From positions 1 through 52,603 of IMG/VR virus record IMGVR_UViG_3300017704_000980: a DNA stretch of 52,603 nucleotides. The stretch is one strand, 5' to 3'. Below, piece after piece: positions 28,197-37,017 of the stretch; position 1 is the stretch's first letter, and every line of letters starts with the position of its first letter. The DNA comes from a virus. Taxonomy: Duplodnaviria > Caudoviricetes. The notes beneath the pieces are model-generated. The model ran no database searches, had not been told where the DNA came from, and was given only the letters and a program-made list of their open reading frames with translations. The translations under genes and the position numbers were made by a program.

Positions 28197-30487
28197 TCGA
28201 CTACTCTCATGGATGAAATTGTGTCATGGTCAACAGATGGCTTAAATATTTGAACTTCAGCAGAACCATCAGTCACTTTATCTTTCATTTCTTGTAGAGT
28301 GATGAGGTTACCTTCTGGATCTCTTATCTGTTTGACCTTGTGTCTAATATTGAATGCTAATACAGTACCATCCTCTACGAAGATACTTTCGGATGGTAGT
28401 CTCATACCGTGTTGAGACTGGTTACCTTTTCTCGCGAGTCTGATAAGCGACTCCTTCTTCGTACTCTTAAAACCGCGTATATTACTTATCTTGGCCTTAG
28501 CATTGAACTTCTTAGGCTCATCTGCACCACGGTCTTCTTCGTACTCTATGTATTCTCTTACTTGCTTAGTTGATAATATATTCATAACTTCTTCTGGATC
28601 CTTAATTGCCACCCATGGTTTCCATCTTTCAACGGTTAAACTGCCTTCAGCATCAGTTGAACGATCACTCATAACGTTACTATCATTTCTTTCTGCAGTA
28701 GCTCTCCAATAGAATTCAGTATCATCACCTTCAGCTATGCATACAACAAACTCCCCATTTATAGGACCAGACTTCACTGTTATAGCGGGGTTCGTTAATC
28801 CAGTAAGCTGAACATATCTTTCATCCTCTCGTACCAAAGACTCAAAGTATTCTGGTAGATTTACTGTTGCTATACCGTTCTCAGTAATTCCCTTACCTTC
28901 ATAAAATACTCCATGCTTGGGACCTTCTGAGAAAGCATGGACCAAATGCATCGCATCATATTTGCTTGGAATGTCTGTAGCTAATGGATGGTCAATTACA
29001 AATGATCCGGAAGCCTTAGAAACACTACCATACCATCTGTGACATCTAACCATACCTCTAAGACAGCCACCGGCGCAGCCGCGCCAATGGAACCAGGCAC
29101 CGTGACAGCAGGCTCGCGGGTGAAATCCATCTGAGCACTTAATACACATTGGGAAACAGCAAGCCGAACCAACACATAGTAAAACCACAGGCATACAAAT
29201 CGAACTGATGGAAGGGTTGGCCGCCATATTACACTTTAATAGTGATACACCCGAACCATTCGCTGCTGAGAAATTAGCAGAGCAAATGTAGCCTGTCGAA
29301 CAAACTGCTGTGGTACCACAAATACAACATGCTCCCATATAATGGCAAAGAGAATATGTCATGGCATCTGTTCCCAAAGCAATCGCAGCAAAGTCATTGG
29401 CTACCCCAAAGCACAATACATCAGCGTTCCCAGACGCCGTTATATTGCCGGCACTTGCTGCACATATCGATCTAATGATAGCTTGAGCAGAGCCTGTATC
29501 ACAGTTAACTATAGTGACACCACCAATACTAACATTTGAGCAGAGACCATCTTGAGCCGTTAGACATGTGACAGCATATGTGCCAATATTGCCAGGATTC
29601 AATAGATTGCAAAGAGCAACTGGTTGATCGCCAGTCTCGGCTAAAGAATCACCCACACCATTAACCGTTAGCCCACCAAGGGCACAGATGCTAACCATTC
29701 CATATGACAAGAAGTTGGAGTCATCTACTACAGCATCATCACCCCAATACAAATCACCAGATGGAGCTGAACCAGCTACAACATCTAGTACGTTATTTGC
29801 ATTATCAGCACCTATTCTAATACCACCTGTAGTTTCCATAGCAGCAGCTGGAGATGCCACATTTATACCAAGACAGCCCGCTTCAGTGATTCTAGCTACT
29901 TCACCACCAGCACCCTTAAATAGAATTTGGCCACACTCTGTTCCTGCAGCCATGTTGGTTACTTCATACGCTATTCCACCATACGTTTGCAGAGCACTTC
30001 CATCATCACAACCAAAGAACCTGATCTGACCAATTTCGCCAACGGTTGAATGATCTTCCGATAGCCTTGTAGAACCTAAAACTTCAAAGTTATTTCCTGG
30101 TTCTGTAGCAAGCCCTATGCCCACCTTGACATCGATGCAAGCTTGAGACCCAGTATCACACCATGGTGAAACACCAGGAATGTCTACACTAGTAGCACAG
30201 ACCTGTCCGTTAATTAGAAGTTTGTATGTTGTAGCATCAGCAGGAACAATACTACCAATTGTAACCTGTCCACCACTAAGCACAGCGAGAGCCTCACCAG
30301 TAGTTCCTGATATAGAGAGAATCTTCGCTACATCATCCGTACCGGATATAGATATGACTGCGTTGTCTTGTGGGGTAACGTTCACTCCAATTCTGGTTGT
30401 TACAATAACACCAGATGCACCCATGGTTTCCGCTACTAATATATTCGGATCCTGGTTTGCAAGAGTGGAGACGTTTTCGAAAGACAT
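28190..30487 (-). CDS. Cys-rich tail fibre protein 1 with C-terminal intramolecular-chaperone-like domain
   Basis: KVGIG..EP..FEV.G and GCLGINVASP repeats; GSFVIDHP...HLVHAFSEGPKHGVFYEG domain. Confidence 0.7.
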   Translation of the reverse strand: MSFENVSTLANQDPNILVAETMGASGVIVTTRIGVNVTPQDNAVISISGTDDVAKILSISGTTGEALAVLSGGQVTIGSIVPADATTYKLLINGQVCATSVDIPGVSPWCDTGSQACIDVKVGIGLATEPGNNFEVLGSTRLSEDHSTVGEIGQIRFFGCDDGSALQTYGGIAYEVTNMAAGTECGQILFKGAGGEVARITEAGCLGINVASPAAAMETTGGIRIGADNANNVLDVVAGSAPSGDLYWGDDAVVDDSNFLSYGMVSICALGGLTVNGVGDSLAETGDQPVALCNLLNPGNIGTYAVTCLTAQDGLCSNVSIGGVTIVNCDTGSAQAIIRSICAASAGNITASGNADVLCFGVANDFAAIALGTDAMTYSLCHYMGACCICGTTAVCSTGYICSANFSAANGSGVSLLKCNMAANPSISSICMPVVLLCVGSACCFPMCIKCSDGFHPRACCHGAWFHWRGCAGGCLRGMVRCHRWYGSVSKASGSFVIDHPLATDIPSKYDAMHLVHAFSEGPKHGVFYEGKGITENGIATVNLPEYFESLVREDERYVQLTGLTNPAITVKSGPINGEFVVCIAEGDDTEFYWRATAERNDSNVMSDRSTDAEGSLTVERWKPWVAIKDPEEVMNILSTKQVREYIEYEEDRGADEPKKFNAKAKISNIRGFKSTKKESLIRLARKGNQSQHGMRLPSESIFVEDGTVLAFNIRHKVKQIRDPEGNLITLQEMKDKVTDGSAEVQIFKPSVDHDTISSMRVVEW

Positions 30488-30518
30488 TCATTACTCCTTG
30501 ATGATAAAATTATTCAAG

Positions 30519-30526
30519 ATAAATAT
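30519..30526 (-). promoter_or_regulatory. putative late promoter motif ATATTTAT
   Basis: 32 nt upstream of first fibre gene. Confidence 0.55.
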
Positions 30527-31315
30527 CTACAGGAACGAAGTTTCATTATCGCGTACTTCATCATCAAGGTCTATTAGTCTTTCCTCGAAATGGAATTTCG
30601 AAGTTGTTCTATCCACTTTCACCTCAGACTTATCAATGAGGTATCCTTGTACCTGCATGTTGAATGTATGTCTGATGATTCGTTCTTCAGCCGAGAAGTC
30701 TTCCATGTTGGATTCATCAGTAGATGATTCGAAGTGTGAATAGAAGAAGAGACCTTTATAGTTGATATCCTCTGGATGGAACTCCTTCCATATTTTGTCG
30801 TGAAACATATTGGCATGCTTCACATATGAAGACCAGAAGGTAATCACGTAAGGGATGTTAACAAAACTTGGGAATGGTAAACTATGAACTTCATAGACAG
30901 GGTCGGTCTTTTTGTATACCTTGGTAGGAGCCAACCAACTACCAGTATATGGAACTCTACGATTAGCAAAGCGAGCTCCAGCTATCTTCGTGGTAAACTT
31001 AAGTGATGTCTCACCATCATGGGTATTCTTGAGGTATCGTTCCTCTGATGGCTCGATACTTTCGCGCCTGAGGGATATAATGGGAAGCTTAAGCATTCCA
31101 TTTTTGTCCCTAAGAGAGTTGAGGTTATCATCATCTCTATTGCCTTGCATCTGAACAAATCGTTCCCAAGCACCAAAAAGTACTGGAACTTTTCTGTTGT
31201 TAAGCTTCAGCGAATTCTTGACGTTAAAGAAATCATGGACCGCTTTGTCTATCTCAAGAAGTCCAATACTCTCAATGTCTATGGTTGTAACTTCAGGGGA
31301 TTTTTCAATTGCCAT
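30527..31315 (-). CDS. tail completion / sheath terminator protein (T4 gp15-like)
   Basis: IDKAV, KVPVLFG..ERF, RDKNG.LKLPIIS..R pattern; follows neck genes. Confidence 0.65.
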   Translation of the reverse strand: MAIEKSPEVTTIDIESIGLLEIDKAVHDFFNVKNSLKLNNRKVPVLFGAWERFVQMQGNRDDDNLNSLRDKNGMLKLPIISLRRESIEPSEERYLKNTHDGETSLKFTTKIAGARFANRRVPYTGSWLAPTKVYKKTDPVYEVHSLPFPSFVNIPYVITFWSSYVKHANMFHDKIWKEFHPEDINYKGLFFYSHFESSTDESNMEDFSAEERIIRHTFNMQVQGYLIDKSEVKVDRTTSKFHFEERLIDLDDEVRDNETSFL

Positions 31316-31592
31316 TTACTTCTTCCTCGGGATATCCATCTTGATACTGATGATTAGAGCTTTTCTGATTGACTTCCATAGCACCAGACCAAGGGTTGAT
31401 CGTAGCAGAATCAGCATCGCCGGTTAATGATACAAACAAAGGAGTACCACTGAGTGCTACTTGGTTGCCTTGATCATCTACAATCGCGATGGCCTGGATG
31501 AAACTGTCGTCTTCTTCTTGGAACGCTTTGATCTGGTCTGCGGCACCATGGTCTATCGCTCTATTAACATTACTGTCTGATACCTTTGCCAT
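31305..31592 (-). CDS. hypothetical (probably virion) protein
   Basis: ORF with GGGG SD in neck/tail operon. Confidence 0.6.
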   Translation of the reverse strand: MAKVSDSNVNRAIDHGAADQIKAFQEEDDSFIQAIAIVDDQGNQVALSGTPLFVSLTGDADSATINPWSGAMEVNQKSSNHQYQDGYPEEEVNGN

Positions 31593-31601
31593 AACTACCC
31601 C

Positions 31602-32171
31602 TTAGTAAGGATTGCTTGTATCGTTGTCTCTACTGTCTTCATATCCATTATCGTCTCTTGGATTGAATACATTCTCTCTGGTAGAGATGGCCTCGAGATT
31701 CACGCCTACCTTAATCTCAGGCAGACCATGAGCAAAGCTTGGAACCACGGCTGATGTGATTTCGAAGAATTGGTTATCCCATTCGACGAAGTCTCCAACC
31801 CTGGCTCGAACCCCTACTTCTGTAAGCCTATCGACGTGTAGGTAAATCTCAAGTTTGCGTTTGACCTCTGTAGAAAATTGGCCTGACTGAGTTTCAGGTT
31901 GGTCCAGCAGGATCCAACCGAATACATTGATAGGCTGACGAGGAATCTTCTTTTCAGCCTCACCATAAATATCATCCGTATCGGACATACTAGTCTCGAT
32001 TGGCCAATAGTTGAAGTTTTGTTTTGCAACTATTTCGAGTAGTTCGGTATTGTAGTGGTTCCAAAGGTGTGCTTCTCTGGGTCCCACAAACAGAGAGTAA
32101 TTGCTATTCCCTGTCGTTGATGAAAATAATGGCTGCACTATAAAATCCCCTTCTCTCTTGTTACCTTCCAA
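31602..32171 (-). CDS. neck / head-closure protein (T4 gp14-like); true start probably near 32138
   Basis: NTELLE, DDIYGEA..K, GDFVEWDNQFFEI pattern. Confidence 0.65.
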   Translation of the reverse strand: MEGNKREGDFIVQPLFSSTTGNSNYSLFVGPREAHLWNHYNTELLEIVAKQNFNYWPIETSMSDTDDIYGEAEKKIPRQPINVFGWILLDQPETQSGQFSTEVKRKLEIYLHVDRLTEVGVRARVGDFVEWDNQFFEITSAVVPSFAHGLPEIKVGVNLEAISTRENVFNPRDDNGYEDSRDNDTSNPY

Positions 32172-32506
32172 TACCTACCTTCTTTAACCACATTGTAGTA
32201 CTTCCGATTCAGAGCCTGCCATACACCATCTGAATGTTCATTCCTATCCTTACACGAATGAAATTCTATACAGAATTCCAGAACTCTAGTAATCGTGAGT
32301 TCGTACATCAAGAGCCCAAGACCTTTACCTCTATATCTTTTGTCCAGTTCTGATTGAGATAACTCTGCATATTTAATGCCATCCTTGGTCCATGCAAAGC
32401 CACCATCTATGAAACCTATAGGCTTATCTGCTGTAACCTCTATAAAGTCACAGCGCCAGTTGTTTTCCTCTTCAAGGTTGAACTTTACTTCAAAGAAGTG
32501 TTTCAC
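32138..32506 (-). CDS. GNAT-family acetyltransferase-like protein
   Basis: LDKRYRGKGLGLLMY acetyl-CoA-binding motif A; S..GVW.AL. Confidence 0.6.
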   Translation of the reverse strand: MKHFFEVKFNLEEENNWRCDFIEVTADKPIGFIDGGFAWTKDGIKYAELSQSELDKRYRGKGLGLLMYELTITRVLEFCIEFHSCKDRNEHSDGVWQALNRKYYNVVKEGRYWKVTREKGIL

Positions 32507-32527
32507 GACCCAGTGATAAAATTTGTG

Positions 32528-33754
32528 TTAGCCGAAGAATATCATTGGGACAGGAGCTGGAATTCTTGACAACTGCTGCTCTATATTATCTGCCATCTCT
32601 GCATCCTGTCTCATCAAGGCCAGGTTACTTGTTTCTTCGAGCTCTTCACGTAGGCTTTCCTTTAGTTGGTCCTGTTTCTCTAATCCTTCAGAGACCAAAG
32701 CGTCTCCATCCAAGGTAGCCTCATTCCCAGGAATAGGAATAGTGCTAAACTTTCTTCTAATTCTGCCCAGTGTCTCCATTGCGACACCAAGAGTGAACTG
32801 TCTGATCCATCTCCTACCAGACTGGTTAATGTCCTCGTATTTGATATTCGTATATGGAATATTAGCGATACTCGAGATACCGGTCACTGATGGATCACCG
32901 CCGGATACTGAATTATCTGGATTGAATGGGTCCATGCTAGTGGTGTAGTCCATCCAAATCTTCAAGCCAATCGCTGGCTCTGGCAGGATCCTTACCCTTG
33001 AACCAAAGATGTTGAATGTATGAGATGATCTTCTAACCCTGTCATTCGTTTCGAGCAAACCAGCCCTGAGGATGTCTGTCCAAATAGGCATGATATAGAA
33101 TGTGGTTTCATTACTGATCGACTCATACTGAAACTCCTGTGATAGGATATTCACAGAAGAGTAAGGGTCATAATACCTGTAGACCGTTGATGGTTCCGTA
33201 TGGTAGAGCGTTCTTAGATCGGCTCTAGCTCCACCTACCGATGTGATATATGCATCAACTGAACTCCCAGTAGCGTTGTCGATGAAGTCATGGATATCAT
33301 AGTCGTGGGTGCCGGCTGTGGTTGTGATATAGGCCTTGCGAGGGTCCTGGACACCACCTACATTGGCATGGGAAGCGAATGGATTGGCCAGTCTCATGAG
33401 AAAATCTAGTGTTTGATGAGGTAGCTTATTGGTGAAGTCCTGTGTACTGAAGTCACGATTCAAGCCAAGGTAGTTTGATAACCAGTTGCGAGCGAGGAAC
33501 CGATTGATGATCGATGAATACTCGATGTTGGCTTCTTCGAATGCAGAATAGATCTGTAGGTTATCCAACTCCACAGTGAGCTTTGGCTCACCCAATCTAT
33601 ATCTAACCCACTTAACAATCTCTTCACCCTCACCAGAGAGTGAACCCAGATTGGCAGATAATGAAAGTGTTTGCCCGGTGGTTCCAAACACTCCAGCAAA
33701 GGCTGCATCTGATCCGGTTTGACTTAGAATTGTGAAAAAATTCTCGAATGCGAT
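32528..33754 (-). CDS. neck protein (T4 gp13-like); start either ATC at 33754 or GTG at 33691
   Basis: RLGEPKLTVELD..QI, WIRQFTL..AMETLGRIRRKFS.IPIPG..ATLDG..L signatures. Confidence 0.85.
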   Translation of the reverse strand: MAFENFFTILSQTGSDAAFAGVFGTTGQTLSLSANLGSLSGEGEEIVKWVRYRLGEPKLTVELDNLQIYSAFEEANIEYSSIINRFLARNWLSNYLGLNRDFSTQDFTNKLPHQTLDFLMRLANPFASHANVGGVQDPRKAYITTTAGTHDYDIHDFIDNATGSSVDAYITSVGGARADLRTLYHTEPSTVYRYYDPYSSVNILSQEFQYESISNETTFYIMPIWTDILRAGLLETNDRVRRSSHTFNIFGSRVRILPEPAIGLKIWMDYTTSMDPFNPDNSVSGGDPSVTGISSIANIPYTNIKYEDINQSGRRWIRQFTLGVAMETLGRIRRKFSTIPIPGNEATLDGDALVSEGLEKQDQLKESLREELEETSNLALMRQDAEMADNIEQQLSRIPAPVPMIFFG

Positions 33755-33789
33755 AACGGCTCTCCCATTGATAGATACATATCGACGAT

Positions 33790-33797
33790 ATAAATAT
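33790..33797 (-). promoter_or_regulatory. putative late promoter motif ATATTTAT
   Basis: upstream of neck gene, downstream of early-region terminator. Confidence 0.55.
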
Positions 33798-33828
33798 CAG
33801 GGTATTGAGCCTATTGACTAATGCATAC

Positions 33829-33864
33829 TAAAATAGCCCCCAGGAGAAGATTCCCAGGGGCTAT
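33829..33864 (-). terminator. probable terminator ending the early island
   Basis: ATAGCCCC...GGGGCTAT stem followed by TTTTA on minus strand. Confidence 0.55.
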
Positions 33865-33884
33865 ATGCTTCGGAGGGCTTGTTG

Positions 33885-34358
33885 TTACTTGGTTGTTGAC
33901 TCAGTCTTCTGGGAGAAGCCGAGCTGTGACAGGGCGGCGAGGAGCTCACCGGCCTTTTCCTGGCGATCCGCCTCCAGGTCGACGTGAACGATCTCACCAA
34001 CGAGACTGACCAGGTGAGCCGCTACTTCAGCACGCTTCGTATAAGGACGGTACTGACGAAGCTTGAGAACCTTGAGAGCGCCTTCGTTATTGGCGAATAC
34101 AAACTGCCAGAAAGCGGTCTGCTTTTCGGTGACCTCATCCTTGTAACGAATTGTCAGGTCGAGGATTTCACCGGACTCCTTATCGAGATGGAAGTCGATA
34201 TAGTTGGCTTCACCAACTGCGGCCTTCCAATCCTTGGGAAGGAGGGATACATCTGTTGCGAGGGCCATAAGGTCCTTGCGGGTAACTTCCTTTTCTACTG
34301 TCTGCCACTTCTTGCTCGAATCCTTTTCAGGAACCTGAGCTGTGATTCGCTTTGCCAT
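33885..34358 (-). CDS. hypothetical early protein
   Basis: GGAGG SD, own sigma-70-type promoter. Confidence 0.75.
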   Translation of the reverse strand: MAKRITAQVPEKDSSKKWQTVEKEVTRKDLMALATDVSLLPKDWKAAVGEANYIDFHLDKESGEILDLTIRYKDEVTEKQTAFWQFVFANNEGALKVLKLRQYRPYTKRAEVAAHLVSLVGEIVHVDLEADRQEKAGELLAALSQLGFSQKTESTTK

Positions 34359-34395
34359 TTTTGAAACCTCCGTATAGGGTTGTGTACTACATGCT

Positions 34396-34424
34396 TTTAT
34401 AAGACATCTCCGGGTTGTTGTAAA
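34396..34424 (-). promoter_or_regulatory. early promoter TTTACA-N17-TATAAA
   Basis: matches the six other early promoters in spacing and -35. Confidence 0.55.
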
Positions 34425-34430
34425 CTACTC

Positions 34431-35126
34431 CTACTCCTCCTTTTCTTCAACAAAATCATCTTTAACGATATCGGGCATAAAGGCCTTCAGCAGTTCAATC
34501 AGCTCCTCAGCCTTTGCAAGAGGAAAGTGTTCAAGCGAAAACGTGAATGTGACATTCTCAGGTGTTACAGGCACGTCATCCTTCGGCCAAGAGATACTAT
34601 ACGACTCCATTGGCATGAGGCGTGATTCCGGCTTGAGTTCCAAACAATCCCTGAGTGTATCAAGTAAAGCTTTCGCTGAAGTTCTTTGACGGGTGCCAAG
34701 ATCTAGGCGAGCCTTAGTTTTGGTTTCACGAGTGACCAGATTTGCGATGGCCGTGGCGATAGTTCCGGCACTCCATTCACCACGCTTTGATGTATATGTA
34801 TACCTCCCTACCGATCCTCGACCAGTACCTTTGGTAAACATAGCCACCAAGATTGTGCCTTTTTTGGCATCGTAATGTGGTATCTCAAACTTTATGCGCT
34901 CAGCCCCGTATCTCTGGGAGAGCTTTATACCGCCAACAGTAGAGATGCCAACATAATGTTGAGTCTCACCATAGAGGTATACAGTCATATCCTCATGAAC
35001 AATATCGGCTTCATCGAAGTTATGGTCCAAGACCAACTGCCGAGTTACTTGTTTCGTGAACTGCTCCATGGCCTTAACACAGACCTTTGCTTTTCGCTCC
35101 TGTTCTTCTTTATAATTCTCGTTCAT
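34431..35126 (-). CDS. hypothetical protein
   Basis: 231-aa ORF with GGAG SD. Confidence 0.7.
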   Translation of the reverse strand: MNENYKEEQERKAKVCVKAMEQFTKQVTRQLVLDHNFDEADIVHEDMTVYLYGETQHYVGISTVGGIKLSQRYGAERIKFEIPHYDAKKGTILVAMFTKGTGRGSVGRYTYTSKRGEWSAGTIATAIANLVTRETKTKARLDLGTRQRTSAKALLDTLRDCLELKPESRLMPMESYSISWPKDDVPVTPENVTFTFSLEHFPLAKAEELIELLKAFMPDIVKDDFVEEKEE

Positions 35127-35174
35127 TGCTTTTCTCCATGGCGGCTATAGTATCATAACCATCCTGTTCTGATC

Positions 35175-35273
35175 TTACTGGAATGAAAGCTTTCTTACCT
35201 GCAACCCAGTATCCATATAGATCGTATTTCCAACCATGATCTTTCGGACCGTGGGTTTGATAACTGCTTTCAT
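35175..35273 (-). CDS. small hypothetical protein (32 aa, MKAVIKPTVRK...)
   Basis: AGGAGG SD 6-7 nt upstream; not in ORF track. Confidence 0.4.
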   Translation of the reverse strand: MKAVIKPTVRKIMVGNTIYMDTGLQVRKLSFQ

Positions 35274-35332
35274 TTCACTTCCTCCTGAAAACCGCGATGA
35301 TAAAATTCTCGGGTCACGAACCTGAAAGGCCC

Positions 35333-36331
35333 TTAGGCCTCGCAGGTCATGAACTCTGCCATCGCTTCCCAGTCCTCACCGGCACCGTGGGCCAGCTTGA
35401 TGACCTTCTCCAGGGTGCGGAGGTTGAAGTCCCTCATGCGGTCGGCGTTGGCTTCCAAGAAGGCCATGGCCAGATCGCGAGGGCGACGACCTTCGATCTC
35501 CGGGGAGATGTCGAAGAGGATGGCCTTCATCCGGTCGATCTTGTCCTGCATGGACATGGAGAGGTCAACCATCATTGCGCGGCTTTTCAAGGCCTGCGGG
35601 AACTTCTCTTCAGGGATGTTCGAGATGAAGATGACCTGGCCACGGAATGTGACCGTCGACTCCAGGTCGGCATCTTCTTTGTCCGTGAGCCAGGAAACGG
35701 TCCGGATCGGCTTGTCCTCAAGGATGGCCTTCATCATATTGGCGCAGACCGGATCCTTGAAGCTGCTGTCGCAGTCATCCATGATGATGGTGCGGTCAGC
35801 GTTGTCGTGGATCAGACGGTAGAGGGCCTTGGGCGTGATGTAGCCCTTGATGACGACGTAGTCTCGCCCTTCCTGCTTGCCAGCGGCCCAGAGCTGGGCC
35901 ATGACGGTGTGGGATTTTCCGAGGCCACCTTCGCCGGTGATGATCGCCGACTTGGCGTCGCCGGAAAAGACCATATTCGTCATTACCTCGACGAATTGGA
36001 AGCGGCGGTTGATGTCGTATTTGGACTGCTTCGTGACGGTTGCCTGAGCCTTCTTCGAGCCCAGGGCCTCCTTCGGAATGTCCTGACCGGTGGTCAGATC
36101 GACCAGGTCGGGGTTGAAGGTGAAGCCGAACTTCTTGGCGAAGCGAGAATCGAGGAAGTCGCGATCCCATGTCTTCAGGATGGCGTCCTTCTTCGGCCGC
36201 GAGTAGACCTTGTGACGACCTGTGTCAGAGACGAGCTCGATGACGAACTTGCTCTTGATGTCGTCGAAGGAAAGTTCCGCATGAATTTCGATAGCCAAGG
36301 TGGTTCCTTTGTTTGAGTTCTTGTTAGCCAT
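35333..36331 (-). CDS. AAA+ ATPase
   Basis: Walker A GEGGLGKS, Walker B IIMDDCD, sensor FISN, arginine finger ALKSR. Confidence 0.85.
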   Translation of the reverse strand: MANKNSNKGTTLAIEIHAELSFDDIKSKFVIELVSDTGRHKVYSRPKKDAILKTWDRDFLDSRFAKKFGFTFNPDLVDLTTGQDIPKEALGSKKAQATVTKQSKYDINRRFQFVEVMTNMVFSGDAKSAIITGEGGLGKSHTVMAQLWAAGKQEGRDYVVIKGYITPKALYRLIHDNADRTIIMDDCDSSFKDPVCANMMKAILEDKPIRTVSWLTDKEDADLESTVTFRGQVIFISNIPEEKFPQALKSRAMMVDLSMSMQDKIDRMKAILFDISPEIEGRRPRDLAMAFLEANADRMRDFNLRTLEKVIKLAHGAGEDWEAMAEFMTCEA

Positions 36332-36345
36332 AACCTTATACTATA

Positions 36346-36374
36346 AATCTACGCTATATGGCCGAAATGGTAAA
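36346..36374 (-). promoter_or_regulatory. early promoter TTTACC-N17-TAGATT
   Basis: shares 21 identical nt with promoter at 40975. Confidence 0.7.
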
Positions 36375-36448
36375 CGCTTTTTCGAGGTTTTTTTCGATTG
36401 CGTTTTTGAGGTTCGATGTGATCATGTCTGCCATATCCTAACACTACT

Positions 36449-36477
36449 AATATAGGCAATAATGGGGGTATCCTAAA
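36449..36477 (-). promoter_or_regulatory. early promoter TTTAGG-N17-TATATT
   Basis: ttgccTATATTag context shared with promoters at 38155 and 42319. Confidence 0.55.
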
Positions 36478-36516
36478 CGTTTTTTCAGCATTTCTTGGGT
36501 TTCTTTCAACAATTTA

Positions 36517-36591
36517 CGTAACACATTGTTTATATTGGACTTACAAAAGCGATGATAAAATCGTCTAAGCGCGCTCAGATATTGAACTTAG
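36517..36591. repeat. copy 1 of ~70-bp intergenic element (TTG.TTATATTGRACTTAC...GCGATGATAAAAT...AGATATTGAACTTAG)
   Basis: aligns by eye with 41384-41460. Confidence 0.7.
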
Positions 36592-36621
36592 GAAGCGCTC
36601 TAAAGCGCTCTATAGAGCACT

Positions 36622-36656
36622 AAAATACCCCTCCACAGGTATTCATGCGGAGGGGG
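36622..36656 (-). terminator. possible terminator
   Basis: CCCCTCCGCA...TGTGGAGGGG stem then TATTTTA on minus strand. Confidence 0.45.
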
Positions 36657-36723
36657 TTGCTCAAGAGCATTCTAGCTGTATTCTAGCGCCCTAGATTCAC
36701 GTTTAGGGGGCTTTTTCGGTGTG

Positions 36724-37017
36724 TTATAGCTCCTCCACGCCTTGGATATTGGTCACCTTCAAAATGGCGGGCTTGCCGTTGGGCTTGTCGAAGGAAAACC
36801 AGCCAAGCCAGTTCGGATTTGCTCCTTGAGCGGCGATCGTACTCTGGAGCTGTTGGACGAAGTCAGTGGCAGGAAGGACCGAGTCAATATCGACCACACT
36901 ACCTACCAGGGTAATACGGAGCCTATAGCCAGATGGCTCCTCAACCTTTGGTTTTTTTGCCTTGGCCTTCTTAGGTGGCAATGACTTTTCTCGTTCTCCG
37001 TATAACTCGCCGGTCAT
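36724..37017 (-). CDS. hypothetical protein
   Basis: ATGA-coupled to upstream ORF. Confidence 0.65.
   Translation of the reverse strand: MTGELYGEREKSLPPKKAKAKKPKVEEPSGYRLRITLVGSVVDIDSVLPATDFVQQLQSTIAAQGANPNWLGWFSFDKPNGKPAILKVTNIQGVEEL

Noticed and set aside
23753-30487. Diversity-generating retroelement or invertase-switched fibres
   Set aside because: No reverse transcriptase, recombinase or near-identical TR/VR nucleotide repeat seen; paralogs are diverged at DNA level
15241-33797. T4-type TATAAATA late promoters on the plus strand
   Set aside because: They would point away from all genes; shared core is better explained as ATATTTAT on the coding strand
36590-36720. Short AGCGCTCTA / TTCTAGC repeats as replication-origin iterons
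   Set aside because: Too short and irregular to support without skew or coverage data
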